This document shows positions 24,051 through 35,436 of a stretch of DNA of 64,000 bases, piece by piece (the stretch's first letter is position 1; every line of letters starts with the position of its first letter). This stretch comes from Pristiophorus japonicus (taxonomy: Eukaryota). A model generated the notes under the pieces. It was given only the letters and a program-made list of their open reading frames with translations, did not search any database and was not told where the DNA came from. The translations under genes were made by a program, and so were the position numbers. Location of the stretch: assembly GCF_044704955.1 (NCBI RefSeq), contig NC_091999.1, positions 26,722,001-26,786,000 on the forward strand, read 5' to 3'.

Positions 24051-26453
24051 ATCTAAGTTGGTTATTGGGTGTTCTCGGGTTGGGGCTGTGGTGGCAGTGG
24101 TACCAGTGGTGCTGGTACCTGTCTGAGCATGTCCATCAGATCTTCCCTGGTTAATGGTATTCCCTTCTTTGCCTGTTGTGGTCTCGCCATCCAGCGCCTT
24201 CCTCATAACTCCAGCAATCTTTGGCCAAATGTCCAAGTTTACCACAATTTTGACATGTCCCTTTAGAATTGCTGTAACGTCTGCTTTTCTGCAGGCAATC
24301 CCTACTGAAGTTACCTTCCTGATTGCAGTTTAAACATATCAGTGGAGCTGCGCGGGAGTCTGTCTCTTCCTCCTTCGTCTCTGCTACTAACGCTGTTGCT
24401 GCTATTTTTGCTCATTTATCCCTTGTTCTAACTTTAACCACTCTACATGTTCTGCCCATTCCAAAGTTTTATCATAATCATCTCCTGTCTTAAATACTCA
24501 CTTAATTATCTTTTGATGTGCCTTTCCTAGTCCATCCTTAAACATTTTCAAGAATGCTGCATCATTTCTGTTGCGGTCATCAGCCCCAGAGTGGTTTTTG
24601 TATTCAATCCACTTTCGTTCCCCGTACTCCCCAAACCTTTTCCCTGCCATTTGAGTCACAGTATTCTACTCCAGTCTTTTGTCAGAGTTCTGTATCTCTA
24701 CTATTTTGCTTTAGCGGGTGGTAACTTATTCAATAGAATTTGTCTCCTGTGGGCTGAGGGGCACCTCCTATATGGCAATGTGGGCTGCTCTACATCCGCT
24801 GGAGCGAATGGTGGTCGTGCGTATCAGTGCCACTGATAAATAGCCATTATCATGTGCCGGGGCCACCTCTACTCCAAACTCATTATCCCTGTCTGATTGA
24901 CTGTTAGGTTGGGGTTGTGGACTGCACTTACCCAACTTGGGGTACATTATCTCTATTACCGTAGGTGATGGTGCTGTGGCTGTGCTCTGCACTATCTATC
25001 TGGTCCTGTCTTTTTCTCTGCCAGCTTATTTATCTTAGCTTCTAACTCTTGAATTTGATGTGTTTAAGTATCTATGTGTCCTCTGTAGCAGGTGAGTATT
25101 ATTACATAGGCTTTCTTCGTTTTGTTTTCATTCTGAATATCCCCACATTTCTTCTGTCTGTCAGGTGAGTCTTTTTTCTTTTATTAAGAAATCCAAACTA
25201 ATAATGTCCAGTATAAAATATCTTTCAATGGAAAGGGTTAACTCCACTACAGGTTTGTAAGAAGGTCTGGCGTCATTACGTGACTTCGGGTATCCATCTG
25301 AAAATATTACCCCAAGTCTTTGTGCTTTCAAAGCTTGATAAGAAATTAGGAATCCGTTAAAATAGCAGAAATTATTGGTAAAGTTGTCAAAATAAAACTT
25401 TCTCAGCGGGAAAGGCAGCATTTTAGATTAAACTCCAATTTCTCTACACACCCAATTCAAATACGTGCCAACGAGTTTTTCATATGATTTAAAGCGAGAC
25501 CACACATTTTAATAGCTATTTTGTTTACAGAAATCCAATTTCCACGCAAGCTATATACATTCCAGCATTTTGTTTTTTTATGGTCCCGTTCACTGAGCAA
25601 ATCTTGTGTTTTATTTTCTCTCGGCACAAAATCTAAACTTCGGTGCCAGTCCATCTTTTTAAGAATCCTGTAATTCCCAGTTTTTTCTTTCTGTGCTGAG
25701 TTCACATAGCTTAGATCGTTTCCCCCTTTTGAATCTGAACTTAATAATTTTTTGATGACCTTACTTCAGTCCATAGTTAAACATCTTTGTTTCTCTTCCT
25801 CGGCACAAAGTGTTGTCGCGTTTAACTCATAAGTTTTTATATTTCAACCAATATCCTTTTCACAGCCAATTTAAATCTCGTTTCTTCAAATTAGGTTTTG
25901 TATTTTGATGATCTTCCTCCAGTCCATTTTGCTCAACATCTTTGTTTCTCTGCAGCTTTCAAGGTCAAATTTCTATCTTTTGATAAAAACAGACTGTCCT
26001 TTGTAAATTCAATTTGATATCCAACATTTTTCTTTTCTTTTATTAATTTTCCATTTATCTCAGCTCGCATTTTATCCCACTGGCCAGTTTTCCTAGGATC
26101 CTGGGGTCCCACCCCACGGTTTAGGTTGTATTCCTTCTTGTTTGCACCGCACACGATCAATACCAGCTTCACTGTGTGATTACCACGTCATGCTTCAGGA
26201 CATACACCTTATATTTCCCATAACGATCGCTGGGGTCCACTCCCCATGCGGTTGCATTCCTTCTTTCTCAGGCATACACCTATCCCACCCTTGGTTTTCA
26301 ACCATCTTTGGTTCGTTATAAGTTGTCCTACAGCTGACCCCTTCAAATTCTTCATACAAATTAGTTCCTTCCCCGTAAATGCTGCAGCTGCATGTGGTAA
26401 AAAACATGCTCACTACCATTTAGCAGTCACGTGATCCAGGTCGGAAGGTCTGC

Positions 26454-26471
26454 ATCCGGTTCATGACGCCA
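26454..26471 (-). other. Primer-binding site, tRNA-Ser(CGA)-like
   Basis: TGGCGTCATGAACCGGAT just inside the 5' LTR; 2 mismatches to the recalled complement of vertebrate tRNA-Ser(CGA) 3' end (TGGCGTCACGAACAGGAT). Confidence 0.75.
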
Positions 26472-26473
26472 AA

Positions 26474-27070
26474 TGTTGGGTTTAAAAAGGAGGCTTCTCT
26501 TCTTCCACGTGGACTAACTGATATAGTTCATCGACACCTCACCTTTCTCCCACTGTATAACGACCACGGAAGTGAACACACGAAATCCCAGGATCAACTC
26601 GCTTTTATTACGAGCAATTACAAGGGAAGGTTCAGTCGTGGAACCTCCGAAATACAAGAGTTTTCAAGCATAACTTATACAGGTTTTGGAGAGGAGCTGT
26701 CCTCCTGCAAAATCATCGATAGGTCTATTGATATCAGCGGAGTTACATTGATTTGTCGACTCTTATCCGACGGTCTCTGAGTGGTAAATGCAACAGTCCA
26801 TCTCTCATCATTGTTTTGTTCCATTTTTCCCTCTACCCCAGTCTATCCGACGGTTAGAGTGGCTGTACTTGCTTATTTATCTCTTCCTCATGGACGTAAA
26901 AAAACTGCTGACCGGCTGTTTAAGTATTACAGAGATTACGGATTCAGTTCAATGCGTTATACATTTGCGCTGTACCTACATAAGCAAGTGTTACCTACGT
27001 AGCAATTATAAGTTCAAGACCTTCATCATAATTCTGAGCTCCTATTTGCAACCTTATAATTTATCCCTTG
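26474..27070 (-). repeat. 5' LTR of ERV-A
   Basis: Starts TGTTGGG on +; roughly 80% identical by eye to 18779-19376. Confidence 0.88.
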
Positions 27071-28444
27071 AAGGGGTCGATGCAAAGCCTCCATCATTGT
27101 TCCCCATGAGTCCTCTAATTGTTTGGTGAGACGTTTATTCTCTCTGCTTAGATCTTCTTTTTAAATCTCAAGATTTCCTAAGTGTTTACATTGCAGCCCC
27201 TACGTGAATTGCATTGATACTCTGCTGTTGCATTACTGCAGTAGCTGAGGCAAATTGACTCTGCAAATTCACAATTTTCTGTTTAATGTCTGAATCTATT
27301 TTCTGCAATTCTTCATTCTTAGCCGAATTCTTTTTTCCAGTTCTGATATTTTATCCCCTAATTCTTTCTTGACCTTTGATTGACGTCCTGCGAAGTACGA
27401 AGCTGCACAGGTGACTAGACTCATCGCCTTACCCAGCTTCCATTTCTTAGCTTTAATCTGTTCATCAATAAAAGTGACCGTATCCTTAAGGGATACATTC
27501 GGATTCTTCCCTAGGCAATCTAGCAACAGTGTCTGCACTTGCGTTTTGTCACATATTTTTTCTAACTTTTTCTGATACTCTTCCAAGAGACACTCCTCCG
27601 GCATCTGAAAATTAAATATTTTTAAGTAAGCTTCCTTAATGAAGATAACAGTCACTAGCAGTTGACGTAAATCAACCTTACACAAGATTTGATCTGCCTT
27701 GCATCTGCTGGTGACACACAAGAACTTGTTTTCAAATAGACAGAAAAAATTACAAGAGTTCCCAATTAACTTGATTATTGAGTATATTGCATTTTGTTCA
27801 ATATCTCTTTGTTTTGTTCCTTCGTGGTCGCCAGATGTAGTTTTTAACCAATGAGCAGCTTTTTGCCGCTTTGCTAACTATAGCAATTCAGCTATTTCCA
27901 GGGTATATACTTAATTCAAACTGGGAGACTCTTGTTCACATCATACCAAATACTTTTAATACAGGTATAGTGAGTAAAAACAGTGTTTTATCAAGTAAAT
28001 TACATTCTGTTACAAAAGTAATACTTAACAAATTATAGTCTCAGCCTAATTCTCGATAGCGTCCTCTCGAGCTGACCGTGGTGCCGACTCCTTATCTCCT
28101 GTTCGCTTGATTCGCACTGCCTTCTGAGTAGAAGAGCTGTTACTTTATACCATTTTTCTCCCATTCAAAAGCTGTGAAAATTTACAGCTGTTGTAGCCTT
28201 ACAGTAGATCATATTATCTACTGCCTTTGACTTTCCATGTTATCTCTATCTCCCTCCCTCTCTGTGGCAGGAATCAGTTCTCTGAGAACAATTATACAGA
28301 CCATGGTCACACAGAATTCATTACTGAGCTTGGCTTTACAAAAATATGACTAGAACTGGTACGCAATGTATACCTTTATGTTATTGATTAATAATTTTGG
28401 CCTTGATCTTTCTATTTCTAAATGAAGCTTTATCAGCAGTTACA
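27071..28444 (-). mobile_element. Second ERV (ERV-B): 5' LTR 27836-28444, tRNA-Arg-like PBS, 5' part of gag
   Basis: TGTA...TACA termini; PBS TGGCGACCACGAAGGAAC at ~27816-27833; gag-like coiled-coil ORF 27296-27721; truncated at the ERV-A LTR. Confidence 0.7.
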
Positions 28445-28489
28445 AAAATGGATAAAATAATAATGACTCAATTTTAAAATTTTGCTTTG

Positions 28490-29190
28490 TTCATGTTTGT
28501 AAATGTATATGTGTGGTTATGTCGAAATGTTTGTTTATGTTGAGGTGTAAGTGTGTGTGAGTTTTCGTGTAACATTGTGTTCACATGTAAGTGTGTGTGT
28601 GTGTGTGTTTTGTGTTAGTTTGTGTTTGGATTTATAGGCATATCCATGCTTGTGTAAGTGTGTTGAGGTATGTGTTTTCCAATAAGTGTATGGTTATGTC
28701 TCAATGTTGTTCATGTTTGGTGAGTGTTTGTGTGTGTGTGTTTTGTGTAAATCTGTATTTGATTTGATGCATTTGTTTACGAGTGTGTGTGTGTTTTGTG
28801 CAAGTCTGTGTGTGGATTGACGTGTGTATTTACCTGTGTGTAAGTCTGTTTCTGTGTTTTGTGTAAGTGTGTGTGTGGATTGATGTGTGTGTAAGTGTGT
28901 TTTTGCAAGTGTGTGTGTGGGTAGATGTGTGTGTTTATGTGTGTGTAAGTGTGTATAAATGTGTTTTGTGTAAGTGTGTGTGCGTGGAATAATGTGTGTG
29001 TTTATGTGTGTGTAAGTGTGTGTGTGCTTTGTGTAAATGTGTGTGTAGATTGATGTATGTGTTGATATGTTTGTAAATGTGTGTAAGTGTGTTTTTTGTA
29101 AGTGTGTGTCTGGATTGATATGTGTGTCTATGCTTGTGTAAGTGCGTATAAGTTTCCGTTGTGTTAGTGTACGTTTCGATTGACGTGTAT
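28490..29190. repeat. TG-rich degenerate microsatellite/minisatellite
   Basis: (tgtgtgtaag...gattga)n. Confidence 0.9.
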
Positions 29191-30083
29191 TATTGTTTTG
29201 TTCAAAGTTTCAGAGAGTACCAATAACTGGATTTGACAATGGTGGTTTTCATTAGATTCTAGTTATGTATAATATTATGTTTCAGGTTGTTAGTATGTCT
29301 TCATATGTAAGTCTTTGTGCGTTCATGTGTAATTGTGCACTTACACAAAAACACAAACATATACAAAATCATCAAAACACTTACATGTGAACACACACAA
29401 ACTCACTTTCACATGTATTCTCCTCCGCTCTGTGTAAATGTGTTCTGTGTGAGGCGCAATGTGATATCAGCCGAACGAATGCAACAATTCAACCGATGGG
29501 CTTCAGCAACATCAGGGACACAACTGTGAGAAACTCGGAGAGGATTCAGTCACCAGTTTAGACATGGCCCATTAGAATTCAACATGTTAGTTTACAATTA
29601 ACAGGGACTGTTGCACCCCCAAGCCTATTTAAAAATATTATGTGGAATAAATAGTTATTTCAGAATATAATACTCATATGGCAAATTTAAAATTTTTAGA
29701 TCATGGGTTAGAATGTACGATGGCAACTTAGTGCATTAAAAAGAGAGTGGTTCACTTCCCATCTCCCTGCGGGAGTGGCAGTGGGGGTTACATGAATTAT
29801 ACGTTTCCCTTTCTCCTCTCGCTGGTGCGTGTGAGAGGTATAGTGAGTTAAAATTACCATTTACTCCCTCTCAGCTGAAGTTACCTTCAGGAATCCTGTA
29901 ATGAGAGAACTGCACGCAGTTTCTAACTCATGCTGTATCTGAGCTGGGAGCGCTGGCTGTACAAGCCTTGGGACCGAGATCCGCAAACACCCTACTTCAG
30001 ATAAACAGCCCTCACATTGGCCAAAATAGGAAACATAATTAATTGAGTGGCTGTGTGTTTAACTCACGATGGAAGAAAAGCCC

Positions 30084-30140
30084 TTTATTGTTTTTTATTT
30101 AAGAACTGAAATGCAATCGAGACATTCTCATTGACAAGAA
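30084..30140 (-). pseudogene. IGHM: Displaced 3' end of IgM secretory tailpiece (S-C-Q-stop) and poly(A) signals
   Basis: Minus strand tct tgt caa TGA (30139-30128), then AATAAA at 30099-30094 and 30089-30084; completes ...LMDTF left at ~39391. Confidence 0.85.
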
Positions 30141-31367
30141 TGACTAAGAAAGCAATAAAGGAAGGAAAGATAGATTACAAAGGTAAACTTGCGCAAAACA
30201 TGAAAACGGATAGTAAAAGCTTTTACCGATATGTAAAACGGAAAAGAGTGACTAAAGTAAATGTTGGTCCCTTAGAAGATGAGAAAGGGGATTTAATAAT
30301 GGGAAATGTAGAAATTGCTGAGAGCTTAAACAATTATTTTGCTTCGGTCTTCACAGTGGAAGACACAAAAACCATGCCAGAAATTGCTGGTCAAAGGAAT
30401 GTGGGAAGGGAGGACCTTGAGACAATCACTATCACTAGGGGGGTAGTGCTGGACAGGCTAATGGGACTCAAGGTAGAAAAGTCCCCCGGTCCTGATGAAA
30501 TGCATCGCAGGGATAAAGAGATGGCAGAAGTTATAGCAGATGCATTCGTTAAAATCCACCAAAACTCTCTGGACTCTGGGGAGGTACCAGCGGATTGGAA
30601 AGCAGCTAATGTAACACCTCTGTTTAAAAAAGAGGGCAGGCAAAAGGCAGGTAACTAAAGGCCGGTTAGTTTAACATCTGTAGTGGGGAAAATGCTTGAA
30701 ACTATCATTAAGGAAGAAAGAGCGGGATATCTAGATTGGAATAGTGCAATCAAGCAGACGCAGCATGGATTCATGAAGGGGAAATCATGTTTAACTAATT
30801 TACTGGAATTCTTTGAGGATATAACGAGCATGGTGGATACAGGTGTACCGATGGATGTGCTGTATTCAGATTTTCAAAAGGCATTCGATTAGGTGCCACA
30901 CAAAAGGTTACTGCAGAAGATAAAGGCACGTGGAGTCAGAGGAAAAGTATTAGCATGGATAGAGAATTGGCTGGCAAACAGAAAGCAGAGAATCGCGATA
31001 AATGGGTCCTTTTTGGGTTGGAAATCGGTGGTTAGTGGTGTGCCACAGGGATCGGGGCTGGGACTACAACTGTTTACAATATATATAGATGACCTGGAAG
31101 AGGGGACAGAGTATAGTGTAACAAAATTTGCAGATGACACAAAGATTAGTGGGAAAACGGGTTGTGCAGAGGACACAGAGAGGCTGCAAAGAAATTTAGA
31201 TTGGTTAGAGAATGGGATAAGATTTGGCAGATGGAATACAATGTCGGAAAGTGTGAGGTCATGCATCTTGAGGGAAAAAAAAACAGCAAAAGGGAACATT
31301 GTTTGAATGGGGAGAAATTATAACATGCTGCGATGCAGAGGGACCTGGGGGTCCTTGTGCATGAAAC
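30140..31367 (+). mobile_element. 5'-truncated CR1, left part (host of Tx1)
   Basis: KTDSKSFYRYV, KSPGPD, QHGFMKGKSCLTNLLEFFED, SGVPQGS, KFADDTK; breaks off at DLGVLVHET. Confidence 0.95.
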
Positions 31368-31369
31368 TC
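31350..31369. repeat. Target-site duplication (left copy) of full-length Tx1
   Basis: ggtccttgtgcatgaaactc repeated exactly at 38488-38507. Confidence 0.9.
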
Positions 31370-31545
31370 TTTTAGGAGCAAACAAAAAACATTAACCCGT
31401 GCCCCCCGATCTGGGGGAAACACCAACATTTACAAGGTTTATTTTTGGCACAAAAATATATTTTTTCTCCAAGTGCCCCCTATAAAAGGGGAGGGGGACA
31501 CTAAAAGCACCGGCAATTAAAACAAATTAACTTAAAAATATGAAA

Positions 31546-34500
31546 TCAAGTTAAAATTTGGTTGCCGGGCGTGATGATGCACTCCAGTCCCTCCGGTGCC
31601 CATCTCTTGCAGAAGGCCACGAGCGTACCGGTGGACACCGCATGCTCCATCTCCAGGGACACCCTTGACCGGATGTATGCGCGGAAGAGAGGCAGGCAGT
31701 CTGGCTGAACGACCCCCTCGATCGCCTGCTGCCTGGACCGGCTGAGGGCCCCCTTGGCCGTGCCCAGGAGCAGTCCTACGAGGAGGCCTTCGGACCTACC
31801 CGCTCCCCTCCGCACAGGGTGCCCGAAGATCAGGAGTGTGGGACTGAAGTGCAGCCAGAATTTCAGGAGCAGCTCCTTTAAATAACAAAACAGGGGCAGC
31901 AACCTCGTGCACTCAATAAAAACATGGAACACGGACTCTTCCAGACCGCAGAAATTGCAGGCGGCCTGGGAGCCCGTGAACCGGCTTAAAAATTTATTGC
32001 ACGGCACTGCTCCGTGCATCACCCTCCAGGCCAAGTCCCCGGCAAATAGTGGGAGGACCCCTGCGTAGAGTGCCCTCCATCGGGGACCCCCGCCTCCTCT
32101 GGACGGCAAGATGGTACGCCATGGCGTGTCCAGACGGCAGGCAAGGATGGCAAAGTTGAGAGTGTGCAGCAGCAGCCCGTACAGGAAACCCCTCCGCGCA
32201 GAACTGAAAGGCACGGAGGGGATTTCCACGAGGCGGCTCAAGTTGTGAGGCGTCGGCCCCCGAGGGAGGTTCCGGGGTTTGGCGCCGATGAGGAATTCCG
32301 TCCGGACGGGGGTCAGTTCGGATGGGATCTCCCCGCGTGCTTGAGCCTCCTCGATGCACCTAATGGTGTCGGGGCCCAGAGCTGTTTTTATCGACTCGAT
32401 GGCATCAGCCGCGCGGCGGACGTTGGCGGAATTTAGGCGCCGCGCCAGCATGTCTGGCACCATCCAACCCGCTCCTCCGCCATCGAGCAGGTCCCTGACC
32501 CTGGTCACCTCACCAGCCAAAGCACGCTCATCCGATCGCCACCTAAAACCTCGGTCGTGGAGGTACGGATTCCCGAGCAGCGGCTCCTGCAGGACGGCCG
32601 CCACTCCAGCCGGTGGAGAGCTCCGCTTGGTGGAGACTTTGTTCCAGACCCTGATGAGTTCCTTGTAAAAGACAGGCAGCTCCCGGAGGGCGGTCCTGAC
32701 GACCCCCACACTCACAAACAGGAGCTGCGTGTCGTAGTTGCGGCCGTGCTGCTGGCGGAAGAAAGACATCGCCAGAGCACACCACCTGGGAGGGGGGTCA
32801 ACGTAAAGGTATCTCTGCAGGGTCTGAAGATGGAAAGTCGCGAGCTGGGCGCTGACGCACACCAACAACTGACCGCCCTCCCCAAGCGGGAGACTCAAGA
32901 CCGCGGCAGAGACCCAGTGCTTCCTGTTGTTCCAGAAGAAGTCCACCAGCTTCTTCTGTATCTTGGCGACAAACTCAGGTGGAGGGGTCAAAGTGACCAG
33001 CCGGTACCACAACATGGCGGCCACAAGCTGGTTTATGACTAGCGCTCGACCCCTGCAGGACAGCACTCGGAGCAGTCCTGTCCAGCGCCCTAGGCGAGCG
33101 GCGACCTTGGCCCCCAGCTCTTGCCAGTTCGCCACCCACACTTCCTCGTCGGGGCTAAGGTAGACTCCCAGATTGAGGAGATGGGTCGTGCTCCAGGCAA
33201 AAGGCGTGAGCTCCTCCGGCAGGGAGTCCACCCGCCACTGACCCACCAGGAGTCCGGAACATTTCTCCCAGTTGATTCTGGCGGAGGATGCGGCTGAGTA
33301 AATCTCCTGGCACTCACACATCCTCCGCAGGTCAGCGGGATCCTCTACCGTGAGGAGCACGTCATCGGCGTAAGCCGAGAGGACGACCTCCACGCCCGGC
33401 CCTTGCAGAGCCAGTCCCGTCAACCTCGTCCGCAGGAGGCGCAGGAAAGTCTGCACGCAGACGGCATATAAATGGCCGGACATGGGGCATCCCTGGCGCA
33501 CCCCTCTCCCAAAGCGAAGGGGCGCCGTCAAGGACCCGTTAACATTAATCAGACACTCTGCGGCGGCGTATAAAAGTCGGATCCAGGCGACGAAATGCAT
33601 CCCAAACCCGAAAGCGCGCAGAGTTCCAAGCAGATAGTCATCATTCACCCTGTCGAACGCCTTCTCTTGGTCGAGGGATAGGAAGGCGACCGGCAGACCA
33701 GCCTCCTGGGGAATAATGGATGAGGTCCCGGACCAGATGGATGTTATCGTGGATTGTCCGGCCCGGGACCGTGTAGGACTGGTCGGGTTGGATCATGTGG
33801 TCCAGCACGGCACCAAGGCGAGCAGACATCGCCCTGGCGATGATTTTGTAGTCCGTGCTGAGGAGGGATACTGGGCGCCAGATATTAAGGAGGCGGAGAT
33901 CGCCCTTCTTATGGAGCAGGACAATGACTGCCCTGCGCCAACAGAGGGGCATCTCCCCGGTCACCAGACTTTCCCACAGGACCCGCGCGTAGTCGCCTCC
34001 CAGGACTTCCCAGAACGCCCTGTGGAACTCCACGGTCAGCCCGTCCAGACCCGGGGATATTCACCTCGAGAGCCGGTCGAGGGCGCCGGTCAGCTCCGCC
34101 AGGATTAGCGGAGCTTCCAGATTTTCGGCGCCCTCCGGGCTGACCTTCGGCAGGTCCTCCCACAAAACTCTATGCACTTCTTCGCTGGACGGCTCCAGAG
34201 AGAACAGGGCCCCGTAATATTCAATGGCCCTGTTGTTGACGTCCTCCGGATCCGAGACGAGAGAGCCGTCGTCGGCCAGCAGCGTCAAGAGCTGCTTACG
34301 GACACTCTGTCTTTTTTCCAGCGAGTAGAAGAAAGGCGGAGCCGCGGTCCAGATCCCGCAGGAACTGGATCTGTGACCTCACGAACACGTCTCGGGACCC
34401 TACGAGCTGCAGGTCCTTCAGCGTGTCCTTCTTCGCTTCGTACACCGTCCGCAGGGCCGGGTCCCCGACGACTTGCTCCAGGTCGAGCACCTCCTTTTCT

Positions 34501-35434
34501 AGATGCCCGACCCTGGCCGCCCGCCTCTTGGTCGACCCCCTCGCGTACTCTTGATAGAAGACGCGGACGTGAGCCTTGCCCACGTCCCACCATAGCCTCA
34601 AGGAGGGGACGCCCCCCTGCTTCCTTCTCCAGTCGGCCCAGAAACGACGGAACGAGTCCTGGAACCGCACGTCCTCCAGCAGCTGGTTGTTAAAATGCCA
34701 GTACGCGGACCCCGTCCTCGCGCGGAGCGAAGCGAGCTCTGCCCGCAGCAGGTGGTGGTCCAAACAGGGTACCTGCCGCATGGAGGCTGCCGGGACGCAG
34801 GAAACGTACGCCCAAGACAGGTAAAGGCGGTCGACTGTGGACCATCCAACTCCAGGCCTCACCCAAGTAAAGGCGCTGGAGTCTGGGTGGAGATTTCGCC
34901 AGACGTCCACCAAGTCGAAGGACCCGACCAGGTCCCACAACTTCTCCATCGCCGTCATGCTCTGCGGGGCACCGGAGGGGTCCCTGGCCTCGAGGGTGCA
35001 GTTAAAATCCCCCCCGAGGACAATGCAGTCGCCGACGTCGACGGAGCCAAGAAGAGCGGACACCTCTTCGAAGAAGCGCGTTTGCTGCGGGCCGGGCTGA
35101 GGGTCGTACACGTTCACGAGGTGGAGCGGCACGCCCCCAGGCGAACCGTTCCGTGCAGCAAGCGGCCTGGCACGGGCTCCTCGACCCCCAAGATCTCCGG
35201 CTGAAAATGCGGGGCCAGCAAGATGGCCACCCCACTAGAAGTGGCAGTGAGGTGGCTCATGCGGACCTCTCCTTGCCATTCCAGGATCCACGTGGCTTCG
35301 TCTCCCGGAACGGTGTGGGTTTCTTGCAGGAAGCACGCTGCATATTTCCCCTCCTGCAGGAGCGAAAAATTGTTAAATCTACGTCGTGCCTCTCTGCTGC
35401 AGTTGATGTTGAGGCTGGCTATGGTTATCTTCAT
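31546..35434 (-). pseudogene. Tx1 ORF2 (APE-RT-zinc finger), several frameshifts
   Basis: Fragments 35114-35452, 34296-35132, 34061-34288, 33641-34033, 31546-33648. Confidence 0.92.
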
Positions 35435-35436
35435 GA

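Larger units (their letters stand above)
18779..27070 (-). mobile_element. Decayed endogenous retrovirus ERV-A (5'LTR-leader-gag-pro-pol-env-3'LTR)
   Basis: Paired ~600-bp LTRs, PBS and PPT; degenerate Gag knuckle CLNCNQEGNFSRDC (~24300-24340); RT YRLTIDY/LDIVNG (23273-23563); tether PALGLPD/PVAYYS; RNase H IYTDSRYAF/IIKIKAH; env with RGKR furin site. Confidence 0.92.
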
